From a virus, in the IMG/VR virus record IMGVR_UViG_3300001533_002237, positions 30,309-94,308 of that record: DNA of 64,000 nt, one strand, 5' to 3'. The notes under the pieces were generated by a model. That model was given only the letters and a program-made list of their open reading frames with translations. It was not told where the DNA came from and did not search any database. This document shows positions 11,248-21,653 of this stretch, one piece after another (positions within the stretch are counted from its first letter, which is position 1; every line of letters starts with the position of its first letter). The position numbers and the translations under genes are program-made.

Positions 11248-11763
11248 ATGGCAAAAAAAGACATTATTAATTTAGCGAAAGGTAAGAAACCCGCTACAAA
11301 AAGGAAACTTACTGCAAAAAATAAAACTACAGCAGAGAAAAAAGTTGAAACTACTTTAACTCCTGAACAAGAAAGAGATTTAAAAGCGAAGGCAAAAGTT
11401 CAAGAATTACTTGAAGATTCATCAATCAATAAACTTACAAAAAAAGATGATTTAATTGAAATAGCTGAAACACCTGAAGAATCTGATAAACCAAAAGGTA
11501 TTGAATGGCTTGAAGAACAAGTAATATTATTAAGAGATAAAAATGAAAAACTTCAATTAGAATTAATTGAAGAAAAAGAGAAAAATAATGATGATGTTGT
11601 AAAAAAGAGTGTTATTGAATTATTTAATGAATTACAAGAAAATCATATTAAATTAGGTGTAGATAGTCAAGGAATTGGTAATTTTAGAATTTATTGTCCC
11701 GGATTTCTTAATCGCATGATAAAATTCTTTCCGTTTTTAAAAGAAATTAAAAGATATAATTAA
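11248..11763 (+). CDS. Hypothetical coiled-coil protein
   Basis: 171-aa ORF with normal gene spacing. Confidence 0.55.
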   Translation: MAKKDIINLAKGKKPATKRKLTAKNKTTAEKKVETTLTPEQERDLKAKAKVQELLEDSSINKLTKKDDLIEIAETPEESDKPKGIEWLEEQVILLRDKNEKLQLELIEEKEKNNDDVVKKSVIELFNELQENHIKLGVDSQGIGNFRIYCPGFLNRMIKFFPFLKEIKRYN

Positions 11764-11773
11764 TTTAAAATAA

Positions 11774-12094
11774 TATTGGACTAAAGAAAAATGTAATATA
11801 GAAGCATTAAAATATAATTCAAGAAGCGAATTTTATTATAAAAATAATAAAATATATGCAGCAGCACAAAGATATGGATGGTTAGATGAGATATGCCAAC
11901 ATATGATACCGAAAATTCATTATTGGACTATCAATGAAATAAAAATAATTGCATTTAAATATAAATCAAGAAATGAATTTCAATTAAAAAATAAGGCTGC
12001 ATATGTTTGGGCAATAAGACATAATATTTTAGATGAAGTATGTTCACACATGCCCTCTATGTTAAGGAATAACCAATATAATAAATTTATATGA
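11774..12094 (+). pseudogene. Remnant of a repeat-containing homing endonuclease (two WTxE..ALKY.SR.EF..LDE.C.HM repeats, no nuclease domain)
   Basis: The frame of ORF 11903 extends upstream to YWTKEKCNIEALKY... with no start codon; same repeat as in ORF 19850. Confidence 0.6.
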
Positions 12095-13176
12095 AAAATG
12101 TTATAGGTCAAGAATTTCATTCAATAATTGAAAATATTTTTAAAGATGTTAAGGGATTAAACGTATCGGAACAACTTCAAGTAAATTGTCCTCGTTGTCA
12201 AGAACGTGAGGGACTTTTATACCCAGATGGTAAATATAATCTTGAAATTAATACTAAACGCAAAATATTTTCATGTTGGAAATGTGATGAACCTAAATTT
12301 AGTGGTTCATTAGGTAGACTTATTCGAACATTTGGTACTAGTATTGATTATGAACTATATAAATCATATGCTGGAATTTTTCATGATTATGATTTTAATG
12401 AAGATGAAAAAGAATTTCTTCAAGTAAAATTACCTGAAGAAATGATTTATTTTTCACAAATGGACATTAATAATCCAGACCATTTTAAAGCCTATAATTA
12501 TTTAGTTAATGAAAGAAAAATAAACCGAGATATTATTTTAAGATATCGACTTGGTTTTTGTACTACTGGAAAATATGCCAATAGAATAATAATTCCATCA
12601 TTTGATAAAAGTGGTGAAGTTAATTATTTTGTTGGTAGATATTATGGCGATGACCAAAAAACTAAGAAAAAATTACCTTATCTCAACCCTAAAGCCGATA
12701 AAAATACAATTATTTTTAATGAAGGTTTAATTAATTGGGATTCAACAGTTTATCTTGTTGAAGGTGTATTTGATATGCTTTCTTTTCCAGTAAATACAAC
12801 ACCTATGTTAGGGAAAACATTATCAACAATATTATTCATGAAATTGAAAGAATTAAAACCTAATGTTGTTATTTTATTAGACCCAGATGCTTATAAAAAT
12901 AGTGTTGAGTTATATTATATGTTAGAAACTATTTACATAGGATGTGAAGAAAGGGTTAAGTTAGTTAAACTTCCAACTAATGAAGATTTAGATGAACTTA
13001 GAAAAAATCAAGGGATTGATGTTGTTATTAAGATTCTATATGGTGCAAGAGATTTAATTATAGATGATTACTTTATTCAAAAATTACAAAAACCATATGA
13101 AAAAGGTGCAGGAAGATACGGAAATTATTCAAAATATTTTGAAGGGAAATCCAAAAGCACAAGAAATATTATATAA
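12091..13176 (+). CDS. DnaG-like DNA primase
   Basis: Zn finger CPRC/CWKC; RIIIP; TOPRIM motifs LVEGVFD and LLDPDA. Confidence 0.85.
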   Translation: MKNVIGQEFHSIIENIFKDVKGLNVSEQLQVNCPRCQEREGLLYPDGKYNLEINTKRKIFSCWKCDEPKFSGSLGRLIRTFGTSIDYELYKSYAGIFHDYDFNEDEKEFLQVKLPEEMIYFSQMDINNPDHFKAYNYLVNERKINRDIILRYRLGFCTTGKYANRIIIPSFDKSGEVNYFVGRYYGDDQKTKKKLPYLNPKADKNTIIFNEGLINWDSTVYLVEGVFDMLSFPVNTTPMLGKTLSTILFMKLKELKPNVVILLDPDAYKNSVELYYMLETIYIGCEERVKLVKLPTNEDLDELRKNQGIDVVIKILYGARDLIIDDYFIQKLQKPYEKGAGRYGNYSKYFEGKSKSTRNII

Positions 13177-13723
13177 TAAATATAAAATTATTGTTAAAAA
13201 CTTTATAAAAAGTAAATATTCTAATATTAATGATATTGATGATGATGTTTCAGAAATCATGATTAAAGTAATTATGAATTTAGAGTCATTTGATGTTAAT
13301 AAATCAAAATTTAAATCATGGGTTTTTAGTATAGCTAAAAATTATATGATTGATAAATGGAGAAATAATTCAATTACTTTAACTGGTAATAATACTAATT
13401 GTGTAATTTCATATACTACTGGTGATTCGTATTATGATAATATTTCAACAAGTTACATAAATGCAACTAGTGATATGTTTACTAATTCAACATCAATAAA
13501 TAATACTGCTGATTATGATTTTGAAAATTGTAGTTCAATAAGTTATATTACTAATCAATTAACACCACAAGACTATACATTACTTAATATGAAATATATT
13601 CAAGGTTATAATTATAATGAAATTGGTTGTGAATTTAATCTTACAAGTTCTACTATTAGCAATAGAATAAATTATATTAAAACTAAATTAAAAAAAGATA
13701 ATCCTGAAATAATATATGAATAA
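13097..13723 (+). CDS. ECF-type RNA polymerase sigma factor
   Basis: Region 2 (DDVSEIMIKV...FKSWVFSIAKNYMID) and region 4 (GYNYNEIG...STISNRINYIK); likelier ATG at 13097. Confidence 0.85.
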   Translation: MKKVQEDTEIIQNILKGNPKAQEILYNKYKIIVKNFIKSKYSNINDIDDDVSEIMIKVIMNLESFDVNKSKFKSWVFSIAKNYMIDKWRNNSITLTGNNTNCVISYTTGDSYYDNISTSYINATSDMFTNSTSINNTADYDFENCSSISYITNQLTPQDYTLLNMKYIQGYNYNEIGCEFNLTSSTISNRINYIKTKLKKDNPEIIYE

Positions 13724-13751
13724 AAAAGGTGTCGATATAGACACCTTTTTT
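13722..13751. terminator. Bidirectional intrinsic terminator
   Basis: AAAAAAGGTGTC-loop-GACACCTTTTTT between convergent genes. Confidence 0.85.
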
Positions 13752-13768
13752 GTTAAGAAAAATAAAAA

Positions 13769-14188
13769 TTAGTTAATTTTAATTGTCTTACTTAACTTCG
13801 TTTTTTCATTTTTTGGAATTTTTATTGAAAGAATTCCATCGCTGAACGAAGCATCTATTTTATCAGCGATTACGTTCTGTGGTAACGTAAATGATTTCTT
13901 AAAATGACCATAAAAACTACCTTTACGATTGTATTTTATTTCTTCATCAGCAGTACGTTCACCTTCGATTGTTAATATATTATTATCAACATCTAATTTA
14001 ATGTTTTCTTTTTTAAATCCAGCTAAAGCATAATCAACAATATACTCATTATCTTTTTCAACAATATCATAGTCAGGAATAATTGTGTTAACAGGAATAT
14101 CAAGATTAAACATACTATCATCGAAGAAACTGTCAAAAAGATTTAATATTCCATTTTGAGGTTTTGAGTATTTCATTAATGTTGTCAT
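13769..14188 (-). CDS. Small heat shock protein (Hsp20/alpha-crystallin)
   Basis: AGFKKENI...LTIEGER...FKKSFTLP...IDASFSDGILSIKIPK. Confidence 0.92.
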   Translation of the reverse strand: MTTLMKYSKPQNGILNLFDSFFDDSMFNLDIPVNTIIPDYDIVEKDNEYIVDYALAGFKKENIKLDVDNNILTIEGERTADEEIKYNRKGSFYGHFKKSFTLPQNVIADKIDASFSDGILSIKIPKNEKTKLSKTIKIN

Positions 14189-14235
14189 AATTTAAATTTT
14201 TTTAATTAATATTATTATTATTTTCTAAAAACCTT

Positions 14236-14296
14236 ACCAATAATATGCCAAAAGAAATTTTTATGACATATTTTCATTTTGTCAATGTCATAAAAA
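14236..14296 (-). promoter_or_regulatory. Sigma54-like promoter plus TGACA/TGTCA inverted repeat upstream of hsp20
   Basis: Minus strand reads TTGGCATATTATTGGT at 14251-14236; perfect inverted repeat TTTTTATGACAT (14258-14269) / ATGTCATAAAAA (14285-14296). Confidence 0.5.
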
Positions 14297-14324
14297 AAAT
14301 GTGACAGTATTTATCTTAAAAACT

Positions 14325-15065
14325 ATGAAAAAAATATCTATTACGTTATCAAATAAATTATATAATAAAATTAATGAAATTAGACATGATTTATCTAAAA
14401 TAGAAAATTATAATATTAGTTTTGATGAAATTATTGAAGAAAGTATAATGAATCATTTCAATATAAAATTAATTGATATAAATGATGATGTTGAAATTAT
14501 TGATAATAAATTAGTTAATGCAATCAATCAATCAAATAATCATAACAATTATTATATCTATGTTTATTTTAATGAAAGAAAAAAATGTAATATTAAAGTA
14601 GGTGATTATATTTTTACTTCTGAACCAATATATATTGGAAAAGGGTTAAATAATAGGATGTTTGAATTAAGTAATCGAGATAATAATCTAATTGATTTTA
14701 TTGATGAATTAAAAAGTACAAATGAATTTTCATCAGTTAAATTAATTAATGATTTAACTAAAGAAAATGCATTTTATTATGAACAAATGTTTATTAGTTC
14801 AATTGGTAGATTAAATAATGGTACAGGAACATTATATAATAAAAATGGTGGAAATTTAAATATTTTAAAAAAAGAAATTGATTCAAACAATTATGAATTA
14901 AATATTGAGTATAATTTAGGAAAAATGATATTAGATTCTTTAAATAAAACAAAAAATATGTCAAAAACAGCAAAAGAACTGAATATTAATCTTAGAACAC
15001 TTTATAGAAAATTAGATAAATATTCAATAAAAAAATATGGTGATAATTGGGTTATTTTAAAATAG
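14325..15065 (+). CDS. GIY-YIG-like protein with C-terminal Fis-type HTH
   Basis: YYIYVY...IYIGKG..NR motif; KTAKELNINLRTLYRKL HTH; likelier ATG at 14325. Confidence 0.65.
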   Translation: MKKISITLSNKLYNKINEIRHDLSKIENYNISFDEIIEESIMNHFNIKLIDINDDVEIIDNKLVNAINQSNNHNNYYIYVYFNERKKCNIKVGDYIFTSEPIYIGKGLNNRMFELSNRDNNLIDFIDELKSTNEFSSVKLINDLTKENAFYYEQMFISSIGRLNNGTGTLYNKNGGNLNILKKEIDSNNYELNIEYNLGKMILDSLNKTKNMSKTAKELNINLRTLYRKLDKYSIKKYGDNWVILK

Positions 15066-15113
15066 TTTGTATATTATCGTTCTTTTAGATATATTTGTAA
15101 AAAAAATAAAATA

Positions 15114-18100
15114 ATGAATATAAGAACAATATGTCATATGGCTGACATTCACATTCGTAAAACACCTACAAGAAATGATGAATATCAGGAAGTTTTTGAT
15201 AGAACTATTGATTCAATTAGTAATAATAAACCAGACAGAATTGTAATTGTTGGTGACCTCGTTCACGACTACCTTGACCTTCAGGGTGAACAATTAATAA
15301 TGGCAAATGACTTTCTAAAGAAATTAGCTAAGATTGCTCCTGTTAGAATAACAAGGGGAAATCATGATTGTAGAAAGAAAAATTTAAAGCGTGTTGATAG
15401 CATTAAAGCAATAGTTAAAACTCTTGGTGATTATGATGTAATTTATTATGAAAAAACAGGGTTTTATACTGATGATAATATTATTTGGGTTATCTGGCAT
15501 CATGGTGAATCAAAAAATAATCCTTGGAAAACTAAAGAAGGTAAAAAGATTAATGCATATAAAACCGAAAGTGGCTTAACTACAGTTGATTTATTTCATG
15601 ACCCAATAACAGGTTGTATTTCTACAACAGATTTTGAAATGAAAAGTAAGTCTTATTATAAGATTAGTGATTTCAAAGGTGATATTTCGATGTTTGGTGA
15701 TATTCATAGAATGCAATTTTTAGATAAGAAAAAAACTAAGGCATATTGTGGTTCATTAATAGCACAAAATATTAGTGAAGGTGATGATGCTTTTCATGGT
15801 TATTTATTATGGGATATTGAAAAACTAGAAGCAATACAAGTTCCGATTCATAATGACTATTCATATCATAATATTAAGATAACACCATATACTGATTTTG
15901 AAGATTTAGATTTTGAAATTGATAACTCAACTAAATTTATGAGAATTAGATTTGTTTGGGCAACACTACCGCAAACAAGAACAAAGGAAAATGAAAGAAA
16001 GGTTATTGAATATATTAAATCTAAATATAAAAATATAACTATTTCACATAAAAATGAATTTATTGAAAACGATAATGTTGATATTAATGAAACGATTACA
16101 TTAGAAAATGTAACTGATAAGGCTGTTCAACAAGAAATATTTAAAGAGTATTTGGAGAAGATTGGAACTGACGAACAACTAATTAAAGATATCCTTGCTC
16201 TTGATGAAGAAATTCTTAAAGAAATTGATGTTTTTGATGAACAAAGTATTGAGTGGGACATTATAAAATTTGGTGGTAATAATTTTATGTCTTATGAAAA
16301 ACTAGATATTGACTGGCGAGAATTAGATGGTTTATTTCAGATTACTGGTGAAAATACTGCTGGTAAGACTACTATAATGAAAATAATTACTTATATATTA
16401 TTTGGTAAAACACTTGAAACTGAAAATAGAGTTAAGTTCGGTGATAAACGTTTTGTAAATAATAGAAATAATGCCAGTTTTACTGATGCATATTTGGTGC
16501 TTGAAGCCAATGGTGAATATTTTGGTATAAAAAAGAAAACTGAAATCAATAAAAATAAAAGTGGTGATATTATTGGTACACCAACAAGTCTTAGTTATTA
16601 TATACTTGCAAGTCCTGATGATGAAATGAACGATGATTCTGCATTAGAAAAACTTGATGAAGACCATAGAATAAAAACTCAAAAGAAAATTAATTCGATT
16701 ATTGGTACGTATGATAATTTCATGCGAATTGTAATGACGACTTCCGATACACTTAATAAAATATTATCCAATGATATGGCAGATTTTATTGATTCGTTAT
16801 TATATGATAGTGGTCTCGATATTTTTGATAAAAAACTTGAAGGTCTTAAAACTTATCAAAAAAGAATTAATGAAAAACCAAAAATAGTATGTAATGTTGA
16901 AACAACAACAAATCAAAATACAATATTAAATCAAGAAATCAAAGTACTTCAAAATGAAATTATTGAAATTGAAGAAAACCGACTTCCTGATATTAAAAAA
17001 AGAATTAGTACTGGTCGTGATTATATTGAAACACTAACAAAAAAATTATATCAAATAGACCCTGAAATATACAATTTAGACGTAGATATTGCACGAGAAG
17101 ATATAAGTGACAATCAAAAGAATATCGTTGAAATAAAGGCACGTAAAATGGTTTTACATCAAAGTATTAATAATTTAAAAGAAACTTATGATGAAAATAG
17201 ATTGAATGAGTTAATTGAAAAACGTGATAATCATAAACAACTAGTATATGATAAAAAATTAGAAATTAAATCACTAGAACGTCAAAAATCTGAATATGAA
17301 CATAAAATTGAAGTAATTAATGGAAGTATTTTTATATTAAAAAAAGATGGTGGAAAATTAAAAGATGAAATAGTTGTTTTAAAAAACAGCAAAGTTTGTA
17401 GTCAGTGTGGACAAGTTATTGATAAAAAAGAACATCAAGACCATATAATTAAAATGGTTGGGTTAAAAGAAACTGAAATGTTTAATATCGTAAAAGAAAT
17501 TAAAGAACATGAAAACGATATAAATGTTAATTGGAAGCCATTAATTAATAAATGTAACAAAGACATTACCAAAATTGATGAAGAAATTATTCAATTAGGA
17601 CTTGATATGGAAGACATTTTAACTGAGATAGGTACTCTAACTAATGACCAAAATGATGTTAATAAATGCAAACAATTTCAATCTGAATTGGATTTAATAC
17701 CGACACGTATTCAAAATGAAGAACTAAAAATTAATATTTTAAAACAAAAGATTAATCAACATGAAAATAGTTTAAAACAAATTGAAGAAAATAAGCGAAT
17801 TGAAAAAGGAATTGTTGCAGCTAAAGAAAGAGTTGAAAGTCTTGTAATTGATGAAAATGATTATAAAGAAGATATTTTCATAAAAAAAACAAGTATTGGT
17901 GAAAAACAAATAAAAATAAAGGATAATGAAAAATTAGTTTCTGAATATAAAGTACAAGAATATCAAAATAATGTTATGAGTCTTTATAAAAAATGTGTTC
18001 ATCGTGATGGAATTCCGAGACAAATGTTAACAAATTATATTATACCAAAAATTAATGTTACATTAGAAAATATTTTAAGTGTTGCACAATTTAAAGTATG

Positions 18101-18446
18101 GCTTGATGTTGATGACCTTAGACCTAAATTAATATATAATGACAGACCAAATTCGATTATTGATTGTATTAGTGCAAGTGGTAAAGAAAGAACATTTTCA
18201 AGTGTTGTTTTAAAATTTGCTTTAAATAAAGTTAATGTAAAAGCAAAACCGAATATTTTTTTATTAGATGAAGTAATGGGTAAATTAGATGAAAATAGTG
18301 TTGAAGAATTTATTGAAATATTATTATTAATTAAACAAAAAATGAAAAAAGTATTAGTAATTGAACACAGAACTAATATCGAACCAGATTACTTAATTGA
18401 TGTTAATGTTAATAATGAAGGAATATCAAGTTTAAGTATTGAATAA
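15114..18446 (+). CDS. Fused SbcD/Mre11 nuclease - SbcC/Rad50 ATPase
   Basis: DIH, GD, GNHD, GDIH phosphoesterase motifs; Walker A GENTAGKT; Zn hook CSQC; signature ASGKE; Walker B LLDE. Confidence 0.9.
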   Translation: MNIRTICHMADIHIRKTPTRNDEYQEVFDRTIDSISNNKPDRIVIVGDLVHDYLDLQGEQLIMANDFLKKLAKIAPVRITRGNHDCRKKNLKRVDSIKAIVKTLGDYDVIYYEKTGFYTDDNIIWVIWHHGESKNNPWKTKEGKKINAYKTESGLTTVDLFHDPITGCISTTDFEMKSKSYYKISDFKGDISMFGDIHRMQFLDKKKTKAYCGSLIAQNISEGDDAFHGYLLWDIEKLEAIQVPIHNDYSYHNIKITPYTDFEDLDFEIDNSTKFMRIRFVWATLPQTRTKENERKVIEYIKSKYKNITISHKNEFIENDNVDINETITLENVTDKAVQQEIFKEYLEKIGTDEQLIKDILALDEEILKEIDVFDEQSIEWDIIKFGGNNFMSYEKLDIDWRELDGLFQITGENTAGKTTIMKIITYILFGKTLETENRVKFGDKRFVNNRNNASFTDAYLVLEANGEYFGIKKKTEINKNKSGDIIGTPTSLSYYILASPDDEMNDDSALEKLDEDHRIKTQKKINSIIGTYDNFMRIVMTTSDTLNKILSNDMADFIDSLLYDSGLDIFDKKLEGLKTYQKRINEKPKIVCNVETTTNQNTILNQEIKVLQNEIIEIEENRLPDIKKRISTGRDYIETLTKKLYQIDPEIYNLDVDIAREDISDNQKNIVEIKARKMVLHQSINNLKETYDENRLNELIEKRDNHKQLVYDKKLEIKSLERQKSEYEHKIEVINGSIFILKKDGGKLKDEIVVLKNSKVCSQCGQVIDKKEHQDHIIKMVGLKETEMFNIVKEIKEHENDINVNWKPLINKCNKDITKIDEEIIQLGLDMEDILTEIGTLTNDQNDVNKCKQFQSELDLIPTRIQNEELKINILKQKINQHENSLKQIEENKRIEKGIVAAKERVESLVIDENDYKEDIFIKKTSIGEKQIKIKDNEKLVSEYKVQEYQNNVMSLYKKCVHRDGIPRQMLTNYIIPKINVTLENILSVAQFKVWLDVDDLRPKLIYNDRPNSIIDCISASGKERTFSSVVLKFALNKVNVKAKPNIFLLDEVMGKLDENSVEEFIEILLLIKQKMKKVLVIEHRTNIEPDYLIDVNVNNEGISSLSIE

Positions 18447-18481
18447 AACATAATTATTACTATTTATTGTAAACGAAAAAA

Positions 18482-19633
18482 ATGGATTTAAAGAAATATG
18501 ATAAATTAAGAAAAAAGATAGACACTAAAGATTTTGAAGGTGCTAATAAAGAATTGGATAAATGGTTATTTAATTTTTCATTTGTTGGAAATGTAAGTTC
18601 AATATTTTTTGCATATTTTTTAGTTTTTCCTTCACTATTAAAAGCAATTTCTGCAAATTTTATTACTGGTGATTGGGGAATGATTATTGCTTTTATATTA
18701 ACATTAGTTTTCTTATCAATTTTTGAAATAATAAAAAGGTATTTTGTTCGAAATTTCAGTAATGACTTTGTAAAAAATCAAAGAAAACTTGGATTTAAAA
18801 TGTTAGGTTGGTTAATTATATCAATGGTAACGATTATCTTGAGTTTTTATTTATCAATAAATGGTTCTAAAAATTTAGCAATAACAAATTTATCAAAATA
18901 TAATGTAGCTAAAACCGAGATATCATCATTAAAAGATAGTCTTAATTTAATATATGATGAAAAAATATCAGTATATGTTAATGATAACAAATCATTAAGG
19001 GCAATTAATATTGAATTACGTGAAAAATTAAAAGAAACACCTTTAAATTATATTACAGCAAGAAAAGAATATCAAAATAGTATTGATAAAAACACTAATT
19101 TAATTAAAGATAATAATAATGAAATAAAATTAATTAAAATAGAACTTCAATCAAAGATTGAAGAATTACAAACAGAATTATCTACAACTAAATCTAGTAA
19201 TGAAGATGCTGATACGAAAAATAAAATATTATTCATAATAATTGTTTGTTTTAATGAATTGATTATAATTGGTGGTCTTTATTTTCGAGAATATTTTGAA
19301 TATAATTTATATGTTATTAATCAAGATAAATTTGAAAATATTTATAAGAAAAAAGATAGATATCGTGCATTAATTACATTCATTTATCGTGATGGTAAAT
19401 TGAATATTGGTGATAGAGTAATGAGTGGATTAGAATTAAAGGCTGCTGTTGCTGAAAAAGCAAAAATTAATAATTCAAATAAATTTGTTGATGAATTTTT
19501 ACGTGATATGGATAGATTAAATATTTTTACTACCGTTGGTAAAAGAAGAAATATTGCAACAAGTTTTATTGAAGCATTAGATATCATTGAGAATTTTGAT
19601 GATACTTATAGAATACTTGAAAATATGAAATAA
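18482..19633 (+). CDS. Multi-pass membrane protein with coiled coil
   Basis: About four hydrophobic segments flanking a long heptad region. Confidence 0.6.
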   Translation: MDLKKYDKLRKKIDTKDFEGANKELDKWLFNFSFVGNVSSIFFAYFLVFPSLLKAISANFITGDWGMIIAFILTLVFLSIFEIIKRYFVRNFSNDFVKNQRKLGFKMLGWLIISMVTIILSFYLSINGSKNLAITNLSKYNVAKTEISSLKDSLNLIYDEKISVYVNDNKSLRAINIELREKLKETPLNYITARKEYQNSIDKNTNLIKDNNNEIKLIKIELQSKIEELQTELSTTKSSNEDADTKNKILFIIIVCFNELIIIGGLYFREYFEYNLYVINQDKFENIYKKKDRYRALITFIYRDGKLNIGDRVMSGLELKAAVAEKAKINNSNKFVDEFLRDMDRLNIFTTVGKRRNIATSFIEALDIIENFDDTYRILENMK

Positions 19634-19636
19634 ATT

Positions 19637-19807
19637 ATGGGTGAAGAAAGAGATAAAGCAAGACTAATTAAAGACGCATTAAAAATTGTTGATAAGTTAA
19701 CTAAATTTGATGTTGATGATTTGAGTGGTTATGATAAAGATATTTTAGAAGAATTAGTCGATAAAGCAAAAAAATTAAAGAAAAATAGATTATTTGTATT
19801 GAAATAG
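19637..19807 (+). CDS. Small hypothetical protein (56 aa)
   Basis: ATG 19637 to TAG 19807, MGEERDKARLIKDALK...; fills the gap, below the ORF-track cutoff. Confidence 0.6.
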   Translation: MGEERDKARLIKDALKIVDKLTKFDVDDLSGYDKDILEELVDKAKKLKKNRLFVLK

Positions 19808-19849
19808 CAACTAATTTAATAATTATAGTATTTATATTAAATAGATATT

Positions 19850-20932
19850 ATGAGAAAAAGAAGAAATTTTTGGAATAAAGAAAATTGTCATAAAGCAGCA
19901 TTAAAATATTTAACAAGAAGTGAATTTAAATTAAATTATCCTTCAGCATATCATAGCGCAAGGAAAAATAAGTTTCTTAATGAAATTTGTTCACACATGA
20001 TTAAATTGGGTAATATAAAAAAAAGATGTATATATTCTTTTGAATTTTCAGATAATCATGTTTATGTGGGATTAACAGGTAATCCAAAAAAAAGAATGAT
20101 GTGGAGAAAAAATAATAAAAAAGATTCAGTAACTAAACATATTTTAAAAACTGGACTTGAACCTAATTATAAACAATTGACAGATTTTATAGATATCAAT
20201 GAAGCATCTAAAATGGAAGGTATTTTACTTAATAAATATATTAATGATGGTTGGAAAACATTAAATATATCAAAAACAGGTGGAATTGGTAGCGACAATT
20301 TTTTTTGGAATAAAGAAAATTGTCACAAAGAAGCATTGAAATATCAAAGTAGAAATGATTTTAGAATTAACTCTGGAAGTGCATATAACTCATCACGTAG
20401 AAACGGATGGTTGAATGAAATTTGTGAACATATGGAAAAGCCTAAACGTGTAATATTTTGGACTTTTGATGTATGTAAAAAAGAAGCATTGAAATATCAA
20501 ACTAAGAAAGAATTTAGTGAAAAATCATCTTCTGCATATAGCACATCTGTGCAAAATAAATGGATTGATGGGATTTGTGGTCATATGCATAAATTACCAT
20601 ATAATACTATTTATTGGACTAAAGAAAATTGTGAGAGTGCTGCAAGTAAATGTAAAACGAAAACAGAATTTGCTAAAAAATATGGTGGTGCATATTATAG
20701 GTCACGTAAGAATAATTGGTTAAATGAATTTTTTTTAATATTAATTATTGGGATGTTAAGTTCATGTGCTACAATACAAGTTAATCAATATTCAAATATT
20801 GGAATATCGCCTGAAGTCAGAAAAGAACAGATTAATGCTCAAAAAAGAATTAACAAACAACAAAGAATTGTTAATAGAGAACATAGGAAAAGAACTAGAT
20901 ATATTAATAACCTTCAAAATAAAAAAATATGA
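19850..20932 (+). CDS. GIY-YIG homing-type endonuclease with four helical repeats, running in frame into a lipoprotein-like tail
   Basis: CIYSFE...VYVGLT..R motif; repeats W.KE.C..(E/A)ALKY..R.EF; tail FLILIIGMLSSC. Confidence 0.7.
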   Translation: MRKRRNFWNKENCHKAALKYLTRSEFKLNYPSAYHSARKNKFLNEICSHMIKLGNIKKRCIYSFEFSDNHVYVGLTGNPKKRMMWRKNNKKDSVTKHILKTGLEPNYKQLTDFIDINEASKMEGILLNKYINDGWKTLNISKTGGIGSDNFFWNKENCHKEALKYQSRNDFRINSGSAYNSSRRNGWLNEICEHMEKPKRVIFWTFDVCKKEALKYQTKKEFSEKSSSAYSTSVQNKWIDGICGHMHKLPYNTIYWTKENCESAASKCKTKTEFAKKYGGAYYRSRKNNWLNEFFLILIIGMLSSCATIQVNQYSNIGISPEVRKEQINAQKRINKQQRIVNREHRKRTRYINNLQNKKI

Positions 20933-21021
20933 TTGGGATGATGTTAAATGGGGTGAAGGATTTAAAAGAGCAATACAAAAATTAATTGAAGGTGACGTAG
21001 ATGTCGTTTATTTAAATTATA

Positions 21022-21630
21022 ATGCACATAGACAAGGAAACATATAAAATATCAACTTATAATCATTATAAGACTAAAACAGTTAAAACTCAAATTGTAA
21101 TTGGTTCTAGTTTGAGAAAAGATAATAATCATATTAAAAGACTACAACATAAAGAATTTGGTAAAACAAAAAAATGGAATACATTTACAATTAATCGAGA
21201 AGGAAATATTTATCAACATTATGATGATAAATATCATAGTGATTTTCTTGGTGTTAAAGAAGGCGATAAGCGCAGTATATCAATTGTATTAGAAAACATG
21301 GGTTGTTTATTTGAAACAACATCTGGAGAGTTTATAAATTGGTTAAATGAGTTTTGTATTAAAGATCGAGTTGTTGAAAAAGAATGGTTAGATTATGATT
21401 TTTGGGAAAAATATTCTGATGAACAATTAGATAGTCTTATTAATTTAATTAATTTTTTGTGTGAAAAACATAATATACCTAAAACATTTATTGAATTTTA
21501 CACATATCATAAAAATACTCATAAATTTAAAGGAATTGTATTTAGAGGGAATTATATTGAAGACAGTAGTGATATGAATCCTTTGTTAAATATTGACCAA
21601 TTAACTGAGATGTTATCTAATGATAATTAA
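21022..21630 (+). CDS. Amidase_2-fold protein, probably catalytically degenerate
   Basis: FTINREGNIYQ, SISIVLEN, YSDEQLDSL..L match ORF 27399, but QIVIGSS replaces LVLHHT. Confidence 0.65.
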   Translation: MHIDKETYKISTYNHYKTKTVKTQIVIGSSLRKDNNHIKRLQHKEFGKTKKWNTFTINREGNIYQHYDDKYHSDFLGVKEGDKRSISIVLENMGCLFETTSGEFINWLNEFCIKDRVVEKEWLDYDFWEKYSDEQLDSLINLINFLCEKHNIPKTFIEFYTYHKNTHKFKGIVFRGNYIEDSSDMNPLLNIDQLTEMLSNDN

Positions 21631-21653
21631 TAGTATTTATATAAAAAGAAAGC

